In this document: positions 24,806 through 39,681 of the stretch, in pieces | Layout of the letters: every line of letters begins with the position of its first letter | How positions within the stretch are numbered: position 1 is the stretch's first letter | Source: Tubiluchus corallicola | Lineage: Eukaryota > Animalia > Priapulida | Reading direction: 5' to 3' | DNA length: 64,000 nt | Assembly (NCBI GenBank): GCA_030141605.1 | Contig: JAQGDQ010002368.1 | Location: 620,001 to 684,000, forward strand | The notes under the pieces: generated by a model | What the model was told of the DNA's origin: nothing | Databases searched by the model: none | What the model saw: only the letters and a program-made list of their open reading frames with translations | Program-made: the position numbers and the translations under genes

Positions 24806-27800
24806 CTAACAGTGGTGCTTTTCGATACATACTAAGCACTTTGTGAATATGTTTCAGGTCTTATTATTAGAAAATTCTCATCTTACAGAAAAACACTAAT
24901 GGCCCCTATCAGACTAGATACTATTCATTGATTTATCGCGAAATGTTTAAGTCAAAATATGTTCGCTTCTCAGTTGCTGACATGCTGCGTTTTCAAACAG
25001 ATTTCAAACATGAAAACAAAAGGTTACAATCAAAACAGTATAGTCATCTTCCAAGTTTACATAATTCACACATCAGAAGAACATAGACCTAGTTCATCTT
25101 TGAGCTTTACTGACTGGTGGGAACTAGTAGATTTAATGGTAGCGATGAAACTTTTCACCTACGAATCAGACTAACTTGTCACGTCGTCTTTTATTTTAAA
25201 TAGAAGTGTTATGCAACAAAATAATGTGGGAAGTTGTTGTCCTGCAATTTTCCAGGAGCCAACAAGGCATATGAACCAGCAAAATCAACGACCCAGGTGG
25301 TGTAATTAATCTGCTTTTTGAAAGAAGTTGCAATGCTGAAAGGTTCACTTGAAAAACCAGTGGGTCTAGACCGGGTTTCCACTGCGTCCGCACTGACACG
25401 CACATGCACAGATTTTTCTGTTCGCACGTTTTAGGTCCGCTAAAGTTGTTTCCATTGAGTCCGCACTCATTCTGTACCATTTTGTACAAAGTGCCATAAA
25501 GCAGTGAAATTTTGAGCTTTCTAAAAGAAAAAATAATTTGATTTTGCTACATTAGTTAAAGATTAATTGAAAAGGGCAAATAGGCAACACAGCGAGGGAC
25601 AATATCGTTTTGGAGCTTGAAAATAATGAACACCTAGGCGCGTAACATCACATCGCAACAATGCAAGAGGAAGAAAAGTCCCTAAATTAAGAATGCAACT
25701 TGCAACTTTAGGTATTTTGTTTTTCTATTGAATTTAAATATATTCGGTGTATTCACTTTATTCGTTGAAAGAAAAAATCGGATTTTATACCGAGACTTAA
25801 ATAATCACCATTGTCGCTTATAATTTTCATCATTGCAACTGTAAAACTACGCAATGTGTAAAATTGTGCAATAATAATAGATTAACAGGACAACATCAAA
25901 ATTCTGTTACAGTTATTGCGTATAGCAATTATTCAACGCATGTAATTGTTTACTTGTAATTTTGTAAATTTAAAAAAGCATTGAACGAGGAATCGCAAAC
26001 CGACCTAAATGTACAAAGCTTTAGAAATAAATAAAATCAATAACAAAAACTAAATGTTCTACATTCATTACTGATCTCACTCGCTATTTAAATTCACAGC
26101 TGTCTTGTAAAAGTATGTGACTGCATATAGGGTTACTCTTATCATAGAGGGAAAACCAATTTCTACAACGTATATGATTATTTTCCTTCTTTATTATGAA
26201 AATGCAGGTGATAGACAACTAGAACAAGGGAAACACATCTAGCTAAACAATCCTGGCAGGATTGCTATTCATTAAACACTGGAAGGGCCATTTCCGTTAG
26301 AAGCAGCTGAATTGTGGTTGTCAGCTGTTGTTCGTACCACATTTGATCAAACGTTGATCTAAAAAGTTTTTTTAGTTAATAAACTAGTCAAAAATGATGT
26401 GGAAATTTTTGTTGTCCAGTATGCACTTTAAGCAAAAAAATGCTGGAACAATATACACCATATGTGAAGTAGAATTACACAATTACGCACGCCTACTGTA
26501 TTAACTGCGCCATTTTCCCTTATTTTACGTTAGAGTCTGTGAACTGCTACACTGACAAGCTATTAAAACAGTAGCTTCCATAATTTGGACTGATTGGTTT
26601 ATTAACATGCTGGTTGGTTGATGCTTGATCGTTTGGTTGTTCAATTGCTTGTATAACTTGAACTGGCTAATCAGTTTGTCGGTCGTTACTTTTAAGTTTA
26701 AATTAAAATTGCTTACTTCATTCAATTATTTGTTCATTTATCTCTTTCCACGCATCATTTCCTGCATTTGATCAACCAAGCAAAACAACATCATGGATAT
26801 TATTATACTCTACCACAGTCAGCAGCTAACAAGTTCACCACATTAAATCATCACAGTGTCTGGTGACCATAACTTCCATCATCAGTCACTAACTGTACCC
26901 AACCATCACGCTATCGGCCACTAACGCTACACCTTAAAAATATCAATAATGCGCGCACTTTCAATGTAGTGCTTTTGTAGGTAAAGCCAGAAATGTAAAC
27001 ATTCTGGTTTTTAATGGTAGCTAAAAGTAATTCTTGCTTCAAGTAGCAATTGGAGATACGTGTAAAGTAACTTTGGCTTTTGAATAGTTTTTGCTCGAAA
27101 GAGTATATTTACTCGAATTATATATTATAATAAATACATAATTAGCAATTTTAAATTGTGTTTTTTCTAGTTATGTTATGGTATTAATGTTAATAGTATG
27201 AACGTATAGTGAAGACTTCGTTAAGCCCATTTGCTATTTTGTAGATAAGATATTTTATGTTGTTTTGTTTTCCCATTTTGTTACTTTGGCAAAAATTCTA
27301 TTAACTCAGCTTTTCATGTTTATCTCACTCAGCAAATTAAAATTTGAACAATTTTGTGTCTGCCTGCTGAACAATTAACCAATTATATTTTTCATCCGCC
27401 TGCCCATAAACATAGGTTATCGTTGAAGGAATGGCTCAGAGGAATATATAGAATGTCGAGGATTTGATTCAGAAAGCCCAAGAAAAGATTTTGAGGGACA
27501 GCATAGAATACCGAGATAATAACAAAATATCACAAAAGACATATAAAAGAAATGCCACGAAACTTTGAGCAAATTACACTTTTAGTAACTCTTAAATTAA
27601 AAGCAAGATTTAACCGTCAAAGACACGCCCACCTGTGCACAATTGCACTCACGATTGCTGCCCATCAATCCATAAATTCACAGAATCCCGTCTCACGTAG
27701 AACAAATACTGATTTCCCCCATTTGCTGAACTAGTGGCATATGATATGAATGTAAGATCATCTGCTGTTCCTCCAGCACCGGTATTAGGGACGTCAGTTT

Positions 27801-30329
27801 TCACCCACTAAAGCAATACACCAAATACACAAATGAGAATTTTTACGTGTTCTTTCGCATTAATTTATAATTAGCTATAACTTTCCAATAATTTTCCGGT
27901 ATAATAATATTATTTAATGTAAAAAAGCACCGTGTTAACATACAATGGTTGAATTAAATGTTAACATAAAAATCCGATTGCCTAGATCACTTTTTGGCAA
28001 GACGTTTGACAATGATGTTCAAAATGGTATTTGTTGGTCGTTAACTATGTTTAGTCCTTTGTAAAGCGTAATATATACATGAATATCTTATTTATTCTAC
28101 ACGTTGAATGTCTAAAAATTAGGCAGATTGGTGATAAATAAAAAATCTCATAACAAAGAAAATGAAAGCTACACAATGTTTTGATCCGAACCTCTGCTAA
28201 TACACTACAAACAGTTTTATTTTTTGCGTTTTCCGCTTAGTCCAGCATAAACCGTTTACAATGCTTCATTAAATATAATCCAGGGCATCGTGTTTCCATG
28301 CTGTAGTTTATGTATCGTGTATTGAGTTGTTGCGACTAGTGCTTTGTGTGTGTTTTTTTTCTTTTGTGGTTTTTATTTACTATGTGCATAGTGCTTCTCC
28401 TCTGCTTGCATTCCTTTGCACGTGACTTTAGTGAATACGTTTATATTACAAAGTTCAAAACATTAATGTTTAATCGTTTGTGCTTTTTACTTAAAGATGA
28501 TTCATAGTGGTGGTTTGAAATGTCGTGTATATTTTTTTGGGAGGGAGGAGGATTTTTTATTAAACCTTTCTACAGTTTTGTTGTGTGCACGAGCAGTTGC
28601 TGTAGGTCAAAGATTAAGAGTGTCACACAACGCATCTCAACTACAACCGGCACGTGACATGTGGGTAAAGTAAAGCCGTCTGCAGCGACAGTTCAGTAAA
28701 TTCAACTGTTTTACGAGGACTTTACTTAATTATTCATTAGTCTGTGAGTAGAATGATTTACTAGTAAGATCTTGCTTGGGAACAAGAGAAAAAGAAAACT
28801 AAGTAAGGTTTTAGCTAGCTGTTAAAACTGTTATTATTATCAGGAAGGGCTGCGAAGCGTTGTCAAGTGTACACAAATGCGTTGTCTGGTACACTTAACG
28901 TTTAACCTTTTCACGATCATCATCAATCGCTGGACCTGTGAAAAGGCTTATTGTACTGTTTCTTGACATTAAGAATTATCTCCGTGCTTGTTAAATTGGC
29001 TATACTTTTCTTAGAACATTTTCCTCCTTTGGATATGCTGCATAGCTTTAGTTTTTTATTTGAAACAAATTTTAAAACAAAACAGAATTTGATCAAATTT
29101 TACTTACCATACACGTTGTTATTTCATCCAAGTTAGTATCAATGACATCGTTTAGCTTTATATAGTCGCTAGTTCCACGTATAGGAAATGTAACCATCGT
29201 CGCGTCGGTTTCAACTTGTGGTGCAACTTCAACGTAAAAACACGTAGGTGTTAAGCCTGGAATTAAAAAACCTAAAATAAAGCCTGAGTACTAATTAGAA
29301 ATTTAAACGACAAAGTTGATACGTTTGCAGAAATCTTACAATTCAAGCATTAAAATCACTTAATCCTGGTAGATTCTGCTTCTGTGACGTTGAATGCTTT
29401 TACTTTACATGTCAACAAATGAACAATGTAAAAGTAAACAATAAAGTTTGTTACTCCAAATGAAATGAGATCAAATTTGTTTCAAGGTCACAATTTTGGC
29501 TTCATTGACTCCAATATGCTGACTATGTATAAGAACTGCGCTTTATGTGAATTTAGTTTTGACATGAAACTGAAGGCCGGTTTTAAGCCAATCAGACAGA
29601 TTTGTTCAAATTGGGCCTCGCGCACACGCGCTAGCGGAGGATGTTATGACGCATTAATGAGTGTCTAGTGTGCACGAAGTTTCGTGATACTATGCAGGCA
29701 GTTAAACTATCCTGTCTCTCTTCGTATATCTATGTTTCAATGTTTTTGCTGATCATTTTGTAATTTCAGATTATCGCCACCATTTACCTTTTAAAAAGAT
29801 AACTGGCGAGCCCTACATGGATTAGTTTTCTCGTCATTAGATTTTAATTTTACTAATTTGTGAATGATGTTCAAATCCTCAACACGGAAAGAGCGACACA
29901 GGGCGAAGTTATCTGAGCAGCAATCATAAACGAGCACTGGCAAAGACTAATGCAGCCGAAAATGAACAACGTGCTGAGGATGAAGAAAACAAGAACAACT
30001 CAGAAAATGACAACACAGCCATGAGTCCAATGATTTTGAAAGATTTTTTTATAAAAAAGCCAGATTAGTCTTTTTTGAGAAAACCTATGCACAAAGAGTA
30101 TATCAGTAATTATTGTGACTTAGTATAAGTCACATTAAAACTTTCATATGGGCTTTCAATTTTTAGTATATCATTGTGGCTAATGGTGGAACATCAAGAT
30201 CTCGGCGCTTTTTGGCTGAAACTAGCGTACAACACAAAGCATAAAATATCAATCTTCAGCTTCAGCTTTCGAAGGATAGGGGGCAAAAATTTTCTAAATG
30301 GACTCCGCGTCGGCCCTGGCTGAGGTATA

Positions 30330-30850
30330 ATCCTGTACATGCTATCCGCAAAAAAATCAGCAAAATAAGGTTATTTGCAGATGACTGCAGTATGTGTTGA
30401 CAAATTTGCACTGCACAAGATCGGGTTTTACTTCAGAATGACAATACTTTGCAAAATTGGGCAGTTTATGCTTTTCAGCACAATTAAATGAGATTCTGCA
30501 GATGAAGATTAAAGTTTTTGTTCACATAATAGTTAAGCAATGTACAATTTGAAATTGAAGACTAGGCGAGGTATATCGGTGTTACATTTAAGCAAAAACC
30601 AGGAATACCAATAACCATGTCGACATTATGGCAAAACAGGCAGCCACTTAGAATTTTTTACAACTCGACCTGAACAACAGACAGAAACAATAAAACAACA
30701 TAATTACATCTCGCTGGTAAGGTCGGAGATGAAGTACAACACAACAATCTGGAACCAACACTTTAAAAGGATAGTCATACATCGGAAAAAAATCAAAAGA
30801 CGGGCAACTAGGTTTGTACTCAGTGACTATCATAATCATAGCAGTATATC
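30330..30850 (+). mobile_element. Decayed CR1-like LINE fragment (RT C-terminal part)
   Basis: Translates KIRLFADDC, LLQND, LQNW and YIGVT, with many frameshifts. Confidence 0.65.
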
Positions 30851-31299
30851 AAACTCAGGAAAAAGTCACAATTAGTTTTGGCTGCGATTAGAGTTAGTGT
30901 ACACGTGCAATTACCTTCTATATCATCAACTCCAAATTTAACTGCCTTTCTAAACTTGTGAAGGTAGGGCTGCAATGGGTTGAAATATCCTGTAAATAAT
31001 AATATTTCAAATTAAGTTACAAGCTAAAAACTGCGCAATTAAAATCAAATTTATTTTTACATATTAAAACTCAGATCTTGCGTTTTTTTAAGACACCATG
31101 TGCAGTGGTGTAGGGTGGATTTGACTGCTCTATGTGGTACCTGTATTTATATAGTTAGATTTACTGTTTACCTATTTTTAGCAGGCTTTGTGATTTTTAA
31201 TGGCCTTGAAGCTTTTACAGTCTTTTTCTTTGTACTTTCCATGCGATTATGAGATACTTCTATTGTTTGTTATGAAACCCTTCTGCCTTGAAGATGAAG

Positions 31300-32191
31300 G
31301 ATGCGCGGTAAAAGTGGCACAGGAAAAAATGACAGTAAAATGGCACTGGTAAAAATGGCTCGAATGGAAAAGAATGTAAAAACGGCACAGAAAAATGGCA
31401 CATACGTTATTTTGATGCAATTAATTTTAATAATAAAACTAGAATGCGCTCAGTAGAAGCAGATCTCTGCCAAAGCTGAACAATCCTAAACTTATTCGTC
31501 TGATTCTTCTGATTAAAAAAAACAACACAAAGATAAACATTGTCCCACATAGTGCTTACCTATCGTTTAACAATTCATTTTGGTAATTGTAATAGACTGA
31601 CAGATATATACCTACCAAGTCATTTATTAGGCTATACACATTAATAAAAAAAGTTAGGTGGAGATAACAAAAAAGAAGTACTAAACCCTCACTACACATT
31701 AATAAAGAAAGTTGAGTGGAGATAGCAAAAAAGAAGAACTAAACACTCCGTCTGAGATCTTCATGGAGTACTTCACGAATATTTTTTGTACGTAGTGTTC
31801 GGTTAAGTTTTGAGAAAAAAGAACCGGCACAAAGATTCCCATTTTGGCACCCCCTAAGCCCGCCTTTCTTCACAAAGTTTCTTAGAAATCTGTTAGATAG
31901 TTTTTGCATAATAGGCTTACTGCCTCAACAGACGAAAACAGTCAAACAAACAGACAAACGAACAAACTGTGTTGAAGTATGGCTTCTTTGGCAGAAGTAG
32001 CTAAAATAATTATTCCCATTATCCCCCACTATAACCCTAACCTCAAACACATATACTTACACCAACCCTAAATACTTTACCAGGCGTACCATTTTTATCT
32101 ACTTTCTATTTGTGCCATTTTTTTCTGCGCCATTTTATTCTTGAACCATTTTTACTGTGATATTTTTTCTGTGCCATTTTTTACTTACATT
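31300..32191 (+). mobile_element. Second copy of the composite AAAATGGCAC/HINE-like element
   Basis: aaaatggcac repeats, ctagaatgcgctcagtag..ctctgccaaag, acagacaaacgaacaaac, ttctttggcagaagta, taaccctaa, gtgccattttttacttacattc. Confidence 0.65.
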
Positions 32192-32657
32192 CGCGTTGAA
32201 AGTATGATATATTTTATTATAATAATTTCTAAAAAAAAAATAAATTGTTTAGATTTGCATGTGTAGTTCATTATCGTTATACTCTAAGTGTTCGGTTTAT
32301 GTAACGGCGTATCAGAAGATCTATGCAGATGAGTGTGCAGATACCAAACCATGTAGTGTTTTATATATGATACAAATAATTTTAAATTGAACTTTATCGG
32401 CAGCCAGGCCGTGCGATCAATGATAAAAAGTAATTAGAAGGAAGGTTTAAAACTTGAAACACTGTTAATATTGTCATTGCAGCTTTCCTAGTTTGACTCA
32501 GGGCGCACACGAATGCAAAACCCGCTTGCAATAACTTGTATGAGACAGACTTTTACTCGTTTGAGGACTCAAACATTTTACCAACTTTGTTTATTAACGT
32601 GCTTTAATTTTCTGTTTCAGACAAATTGATCGCGCTGTTGTCTGTCTCAGACTAAAC

Positions 32658-32740
32658 CAGGAGCCGGTTTCACAAAGCCGTCACTAAGTTAACGACGTCG
32701 TTATTACATTTTACTAACGGCTTTGTGAAATCGGGCCCAG
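32658..32740. repeat. Short palindromic MITE-like element
   Basis: ccggtttcacaaagccgt ... acggctttgtgaaatcgg inverted arms. Confidence 0.7.
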
Positions 32741-33279
32741 AACAGATCAACAAAAACAATTGTTTTGATCACGTGTCATCATCACCCATGACACAGTTTG
32801 CTTCATACAAAAGTTGTCGTATGCAGGAAAATTTTGTCTGAGACAATTTCGGTCAAAAAACTTTTCGCAGATAATTTTCCTACCATATGCAACTAATATA
32901 ATTAGTCAGTTTTCTACAGTTTGATAAGGCCGCACACTTTACAAAGTAGCTTACCCGATATATTTCCAGCCTTTCTCCTTCCGTAGCCGCTGCTTCCCCT
33001 GTATGCATTACGACTTCCACCTGATTGCGCCATTATATCCAGACAAGCAAAAACAAATCCAGCCACGGAATACTAAAATAAATAGACAAATAGTTGTGCA
33101 TCACTTTCTTTTTTCAGAGATGTTTAAGCTGCATTGTTATAATATTGTACTGTTTATGGCAATAAATTATCCACTAATACTAGAAAGGAAATTGATTTTA
33201 TTTTTTGTGGACAAAGACTTTTGCGCGACTTACATAATACCATGTGTGAAAGTTTGACTGTAATAAGTTATGCTGCAGA

Positions 33280-33700
33280 GGAGCAAGTCACTGCAGAAAA
33301 CCAAATCCGTAAAGCAAGTGTGAATGTTGGATTTGACCGAGTTACACTGCACATGATTCATACACCAAATGTAAATGTTAGATCGGGTCAAGTTACACTG
33401 CATAGGATTTTAACTGTACCAAGTGTATATGATAAACTAGACTGAAATGCATTGCAGAGCATAAAGTATGTATTAAGTGAAAATGTCAGTATGGATCAAG
33501 TTACACTGTAAACGACCTAGTCCGCATCAAGTCAGACTGGACCGAGTTACATTGTATAGGGAAGAACCTGTGCCAAGTGCAAAAACCTATCTAACTTGCA
33601 CTGAAACAGACTTAATCCGCATCAAGCATAGCAGAGTTACACAACAGAGGCCAATTAAATACAGGCCAAGTTTAAATGCCAGACTGAGGCAAGACTAGTA
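33280..33700. repeat. Degenerate tandem repeat with AGTTACACTG core
   Basis: gaccgagttacactg, gtcaagttacactg, atcaagttacactg, gaccgagttacattg and agagttacac recur at irregular spacing. Confidence 0.6.
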
Positions 33701-36474
33701 AGACGTTTTGGTCTGAACTAGCTTTGTCAGTGTAAATCGGGTATTAATAAAGAAATTATTTCAAATGGCATGTACTTTTTGGCTTCTAAGTTTTAATAAA
33801 ATTTGAACGTTTTGAATTTTTAAATGCTACTTGCGATAATGAAATTATTTCAACTGAAAAGCTTACCCATCTCTTCATTGATAAAGGAAGACCTTTATTT
33901 ACTAAAAGGTAAGCGAGACGAAAAAGATTCTAGATATATTCGTTTGGACCACCACAACAAACTGCTGTTGCGGCGTAGTCGACAAGAATGTTATAAAGTA
34001 GCCTTTGAAGTAAGTGACCTGTGGTAAAGAGAAAAATTACTGCTATATGCAATGTTACCAAAACGTTTTTGTGACGTTTTTGACACGCGTTTCTGCCTAA
34101 TAATTTATTTACTTTTACATTTATTGTTTCACTTCGGATTCGAGGTTCATATCAAATTCAAATTACAAACAAACACAGACAAATGAATATAAAGTTACAA
34201 AACTCACAAATTACTGTCGTTTACCGATATTTAAGAGACGAATACCCGCAAAAAAATATATATAAAAAAACAAATATAGATAAATAGATAATACATTCAA
34301 ATTACCGACATATTCAGACATGAAGCTCAAAAATCAAAATGAATATTAATAATACGCAAAATTGTATTACACCAAGGACCTTGATTACACCTAGACACAC
34401 AAATTTATGACACAATTATTATCATATCATATCACATTTATCATATAATATAAAGTTAAAGCACTTTAATTAGACGAATAAAAATAATCTACACACTACT
34501 CCTGAGCAAGTGAGTGGGTTGCACCAAACTGGTGATGACATTACTATTTAAAGTCGCAATTAAAGAACTATATACAATACTTCAGAGCCTACAAGATAAA
34601 CTATACAAATAGTTTCTTAAAGTAAAACCAAACTACCCTGTGCTTGACAAACAAAGCTCTTACACTGTAGTCAAATGGCTTCTTAGTTTACGTAGTGACA
34701 ATTATGAGGCACCTTCAATTTTTCTATGTTATGATTGTTGCGTCTCCAAATTACCATACCGTTAAAGAAGTGGTGTGTCCGAGAAATAAATACAGTAACG
34801 ACAAGAGAACATTTGAAAAACTTTTAAATAAGCTTATTGGCTCGTAGTCAAAGCAACGACCGTTGTTACTGCCTCCACGAGTATATTGGGAAGCCGCTTA
34901 TACCTTTAAAGGCGTTTTAATCCATAAGCCTTGTTATGCTACTATTAAATTTCACTTTTTAGCCTTGTTATGGACCGGCTCTGACAGCAAAAACTAGCGT
35001 TGACACGGTACAGGAATTACCAGTGAACCATAACAAATTGCCGCTAACAATAATGTAAGTTGCTTTCAGCTAAAACCAGGCGCAGCAATAAAAAAGTCAC
35101 TCGATTATATTTACAGTTATTTATTCATTTACCTATATTTTCTTAATAATTTACTTTACAATTGACGCGCTACGTCAGTCTGTTACATTGTTGTGAGCGT
35201 GGCTGTACGTTTATTGTTAACGGAAAAGATCACAACTTTAAAGCAAATGAAACTTTAATTACACGATTTAACGCTAAAAAATAACTATGTAGCAAGCTTT
35301 TTCCGTAGTAACTAAGACAAAGGAAGTATAAGTTCTTTATTCCTTCACAAGATGTTGGTGATAGCCAAGAAGCCTACATGACTATGATAATACAGTTTGT
35401 AGTCTGCTGGACTGAATGAAAAAAAATCCAGTACCGCGTACTCCGTTCAAATAGACATGTCATTCACTATATGAAATTGTTTTTCAATAAGAAACAATGC
35501 TAAAGGACAAGAAAAGGGATACCTGAAGTAGGTTTCAGAAAAATCACCTTAAAAGTTATATTATTTTATAGAAACTTTGTGCATGTACCGTACTCGCGTT
35601 GAAAGAATTTTTTGTTTGTTTTCATTTTAAATCTGTTCCGACCGCGCCATTACATGACGTCATATACGCACAACGTAAATCAGAGGAAGAAAAGGAAATG
35701 TTAAACTATGTCCCAAAAAAATTTCCATGCAAAGAGACTTAGCATTTCGCTTACCTGCTTGAAAGACGTATGTAACTAGAAAAGAAAATTATTAGTTATT
35801 TAAAATGTTTTCACCAATTGGTAAAATGTCGTTGAAACACCTCCCGGTGCACTGCTCACTAACCGAAAACGTATTTTTAATTTTATTGACAAGAAACAGT
35901 AATCTAAAATTTAGCTTAGCTAGTGACATGTGCGCTACGAATGTTCTGATTATTACTTGGCTGCGTCTAGCGGTCACCGCTGAAATTTAAATGTACATGT
36001 TTTATACAGCGTTACTTCCGACACAAGCCCTGTATGCAAAAAGACAGTGCGTAAGTAGTATAAAATTTAAAGAGACGAATTATTAAATTTTATGTAAGTG
36101 GATTGTTTTTTGCGCTTTGACCGTTGGCACGCAAATCACTGCATGCTTCACTTATTTTTTTAAGAAATTAAATGAACCAAAAACTTCAGCCTATATGACT
36201 GCGATTTCACTAAGAAAAATCGACCTAGTTATGTATGGGTGACGATTAGAAGTTCCATAGTCGAAACTAAAACTATAAATGAAACTGGATTTTTAAAAAA
36301 ATAAGAAATCAGTACAATGCGTTTGACGCCTTAGTACTTAGTAGGCGTACAAGTATAAATGAATTGTTGAACAGAAAATGGCAATCATAATTGGCCGATA
36401 TTTAAGCCATAATAAGATTTATTTAATGTTTATTTTGTTTTATAATCCTTCAAATTGGTACAACTACAGCAGGA

Positions 36475-36634
<160 letters not shown>

Positions 36635-36933
36635 TTATTTCGAGCATAAAAATATACAGAGCATAGACTTTTTCCCTTTATTATTTTAATGTTTATTTTA
36701 CTGTATAATCCACCAAACAATTATTTTGCATGCAGTTATTAGCACGACTCATTTAACGGAATGACAATTGAAAAATAATAAAGGGGCAAGAGTTTACAGC
36801 CCGAGTATACAACTTTTTAACAGCTTTATAATTAAGGTTGAGCATAGTTGCAAACTCTATTACAGAAAGTGCGAGAATTTGAGATGGGGGAGATAAGGAG
36901 AAGATAATTATGGCGAGGAAAGAACGGAAGCAC

Positions 36934-36942
36934 GTGTGTGTG

Positions 36943-37004
<62 letters not shown>
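36934..37004. repeat. (GT)n microsatellite
   Basis: Direct reading. Confidence 0.98.
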
Positions 37005-37010
<6 letters not shown>

Positions 37011-39681
37011 CGCGATACAAAGCCACATTTAATTAAGTTATTAAATTTTGTGATCAAAAGGAATGAATTTCGGACTGGATTTTTCGCGGAGACATACAGT
37101 GACCCAGTCGTTTAAAGCGTCTTCTTGTAAGTAAAATGTCACTGGTTCAAATACAAGCTGTATTCCAAATTTTTTCCGTCGTTCAAGTTAAGCATCAAAA
37201 TTGTAATTTTGCGTCGTGACTTTTTGACCCGCTTGAGTTAGGACCCGAAAATTGAAAATATGTCCATCTTTGATGAAAAATTACTCCTACAAGAAGCGCC
37301 ACCTACCAAGACGGAGCACAGTGGTGATTGTTTCAATTTTCTATCCAACGATGTGCCACACAGCTGCCACTGCCACAGGCCAGCCATGCTACGCCCGTAT
37401 TTCTGGACCAATGTCGGTACCATACTTATATATTGCAGGTATCAACATGGTTTCCCTTAAACGCTCAGTGAACGAAAGCCATACAGAGACTTACCATGTA
37501 TCATTTGTTTCGCCCTAAAACGTAAAGTAGAATCGCGTGCGCCACTCAAAATTGCGAGTTTCATTTAGCCATAAAGTGGCGATATGTAAGATGCTAGATA
37601 CTGAGAATGTGCACATTCAGAATCTGGTTAAATTTTTGCTCTATGAGGCTTAGTTCTGAGATACGAATCTTTTAGGAATAACTAAAAAACTAGACAGGGC
37701 TACTTGACCAAATTTGGTTTACTTTGGTCTACCCAAATAGCCAGGGTAGAAGGTCACCTTGCCTTATAATTTTGGGTCGTGACCCTTTGACCCGCCTGAG
37801 TTATGACCCGAAAACCGTCGAAATATGTTTATTTTTGAAAAGCTATTGTTCTTATAAGAAGTACAACTTATCCAAACAAAAATAAGCAAGTAAAGTACTA
37901 GGCCTTGGTTATAAACACCCGCCCCTTTTGGTCGAACCCGAACTGTTGCTGTTTCACAAGGTGTTAAACATGCAGTTGTCAATGCAATTCTTAATATCTT
38001 GGGCAATAGGAAAAAAACGACATGGCTTCCTTTAAAGGTTCTGTAAAAATACATAACATAACAGATTTGCCATGAAACATAGAATAAGATTTTTTGTTTA
38101 TCCGAAAATAACCGAAATATAGCAAATTGCACAAACGAGATGTTTCCCTTAATATATGAGACGAAGGGGTCGAAATGCCTAATTTGCGAAGCCATATCTC
38201 TTAAAAAAGCCTAACGGAAGCTATTTTGAATCACGTTACTCACCACTGAAATCCTGAAAACAGAACTGTCCTTGTGGCCCTAGGCTGAGAAATCAATAAG
38301 ACCTCAAGGTCTTAATTTTTGCGGTAACTCACCAACACTTTATCTTTACGTTACTCAAGGCAAAGGCACCACTTACCTAGATGGCAGCGGTAAAGTGCAG
38401 AGAACCACAGAATGGTAATATACAATGTAAATTTCTATTCTGTGGTTCTCTGCAATTTACCGATGACAGTTTTGAGCCTGAGCAGACCAGGTGTACTGAC
38501 TTAATGTCAGGTTTAAAAGGAAAAGAAGACTAAAAAGACTGATACTCGCTGCTCTTTTCTTTGGCTTTGTGTTGAGTAGTAGATGTGTGTAGCCACTAAA
38601 ATTACTATCATTACATTCATTTGCAGAAATGCCATGAGGCATGTTAATCCTAAATAAAGCATGTTTGAGAAATTGCAGGCTGAAATAAGTTAGTATCGGT
38701 TTATCTAAAATGTTTTTGTGAGTTACAACTTACAATAGTAATATTAAAACAATTATGATCATTGCAAAATTGGTCAGTAACTTCTGATCTAGGTAAAATA
38801 TAGTTTTCATAAAATTTAACCAGAAATGTTAATTATAATCTCTAATTACTGTGCATTTTTAACCCAGAAAGTTGTGAATAACAGTCTATTTTTAGATCAT
38901 AGATTTGATCTGGAGTATACAGTATATTATTGTTTATACAGCCAGCAATGGAACACTATACAGGACTCCTATAGTTTCCGTACAGCTGTAGTTTAGTAAA
39001 TAAATTGTTTGCCTTCTTATTTGATATATTCCAAGATTATTTTTGGTCGTCTGTGGTGTTTGTAATGCTGTGATGTAATTTGTGTAAGATTGTGTGACTT
39101 AGCACATGTGTGTGCAAATTGTTAAATGCACCAGAGATACCAGTGACCTCACCGACAAAATTAAAGCAACTTATTTTTGCCTGTACAAAGCTTTTAATCA
39201 ATTTTTAAATGTAAGATGGTTATCACAAATGTCTAAATTATATTTTGACATCTAATCATATTTTGTCTTCAGCATTTAATAAACTTAGAGATAATATTTA
39301 TTTAATTTTTCAAATTAATTAAGTGTACAGCAATAATGGTTAATGGCTTTTATAATTTAAATAAAGTTTCACACTGCAACAAAATAATAAAAGAATTATC
39401 ATTAAATTTTTGTGTTTAATTTTAATAATGCTGTATTAACCTAGTAACATTTATGTTTAAAATGAATGTGTTTGTTATACTAGCTTTTATGCAGAAGTGT
39501 TTCAACATTAAATCAAACCTATTTTCTAAAACTAGAAAAGACAACGCAATGCTGCTGGCAATCTAATAGACAGGCCTATTTAATCTAATTTTTTATTGGG
39601 GGAAAAACTTATCAGTCCCAACATACCTATCGAGATTTTTATTCTTGCATTCGTAGTTTTCTGTATAGCTACTGTAGCACC

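Larger units (their letters stand above)
19814..33878 (-). pseudogene. Diverged pentraxin paralog PTX-B, probably frameshifted
   Basis: Candidate exons 33878-33867 (MKRW), 33072-32955 (YSVAGFVFACLDIMAQSGGSRNAYRGSSGYGRRK..), 30989-30915, 29256-29108 (GLTPTC..MVTFPIRGTSDYIKLNDVI..TTCM), 27807-27653 (WVKTDVP..FISYATS), 23375-23256 (NNQWHSVCAGY), 22464-about 22317 (GGYLIFGQDQT..QSFRG), 20103-19814. Splice phases clash at the last two junctions and the GQDQ exon runs into TAA. The pentraxin identity is secure; pseudogene status is inferred. Confidence 0.7.

Noticed and set aside
24445-24839. Repeat-protein ORFs (107 and 129 aa) or CRISPR array
   Set aside because: Translation artefact of a 42-bp minisatellite; no spacers.
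25196-25489. GC-richer stretch with overlapping ORFs in the PTX-B intron
   Set aside because: No recognisable domain or consistent splice sites; cannot be supported without a search.
37030-38387. ORFs 37238-38195 as a gene
   Set aside because: No protein motif; the recurring tgaccc/gggtc motifs look like a non-autonomous repeat, but I could not define termini well enough to annotate it.
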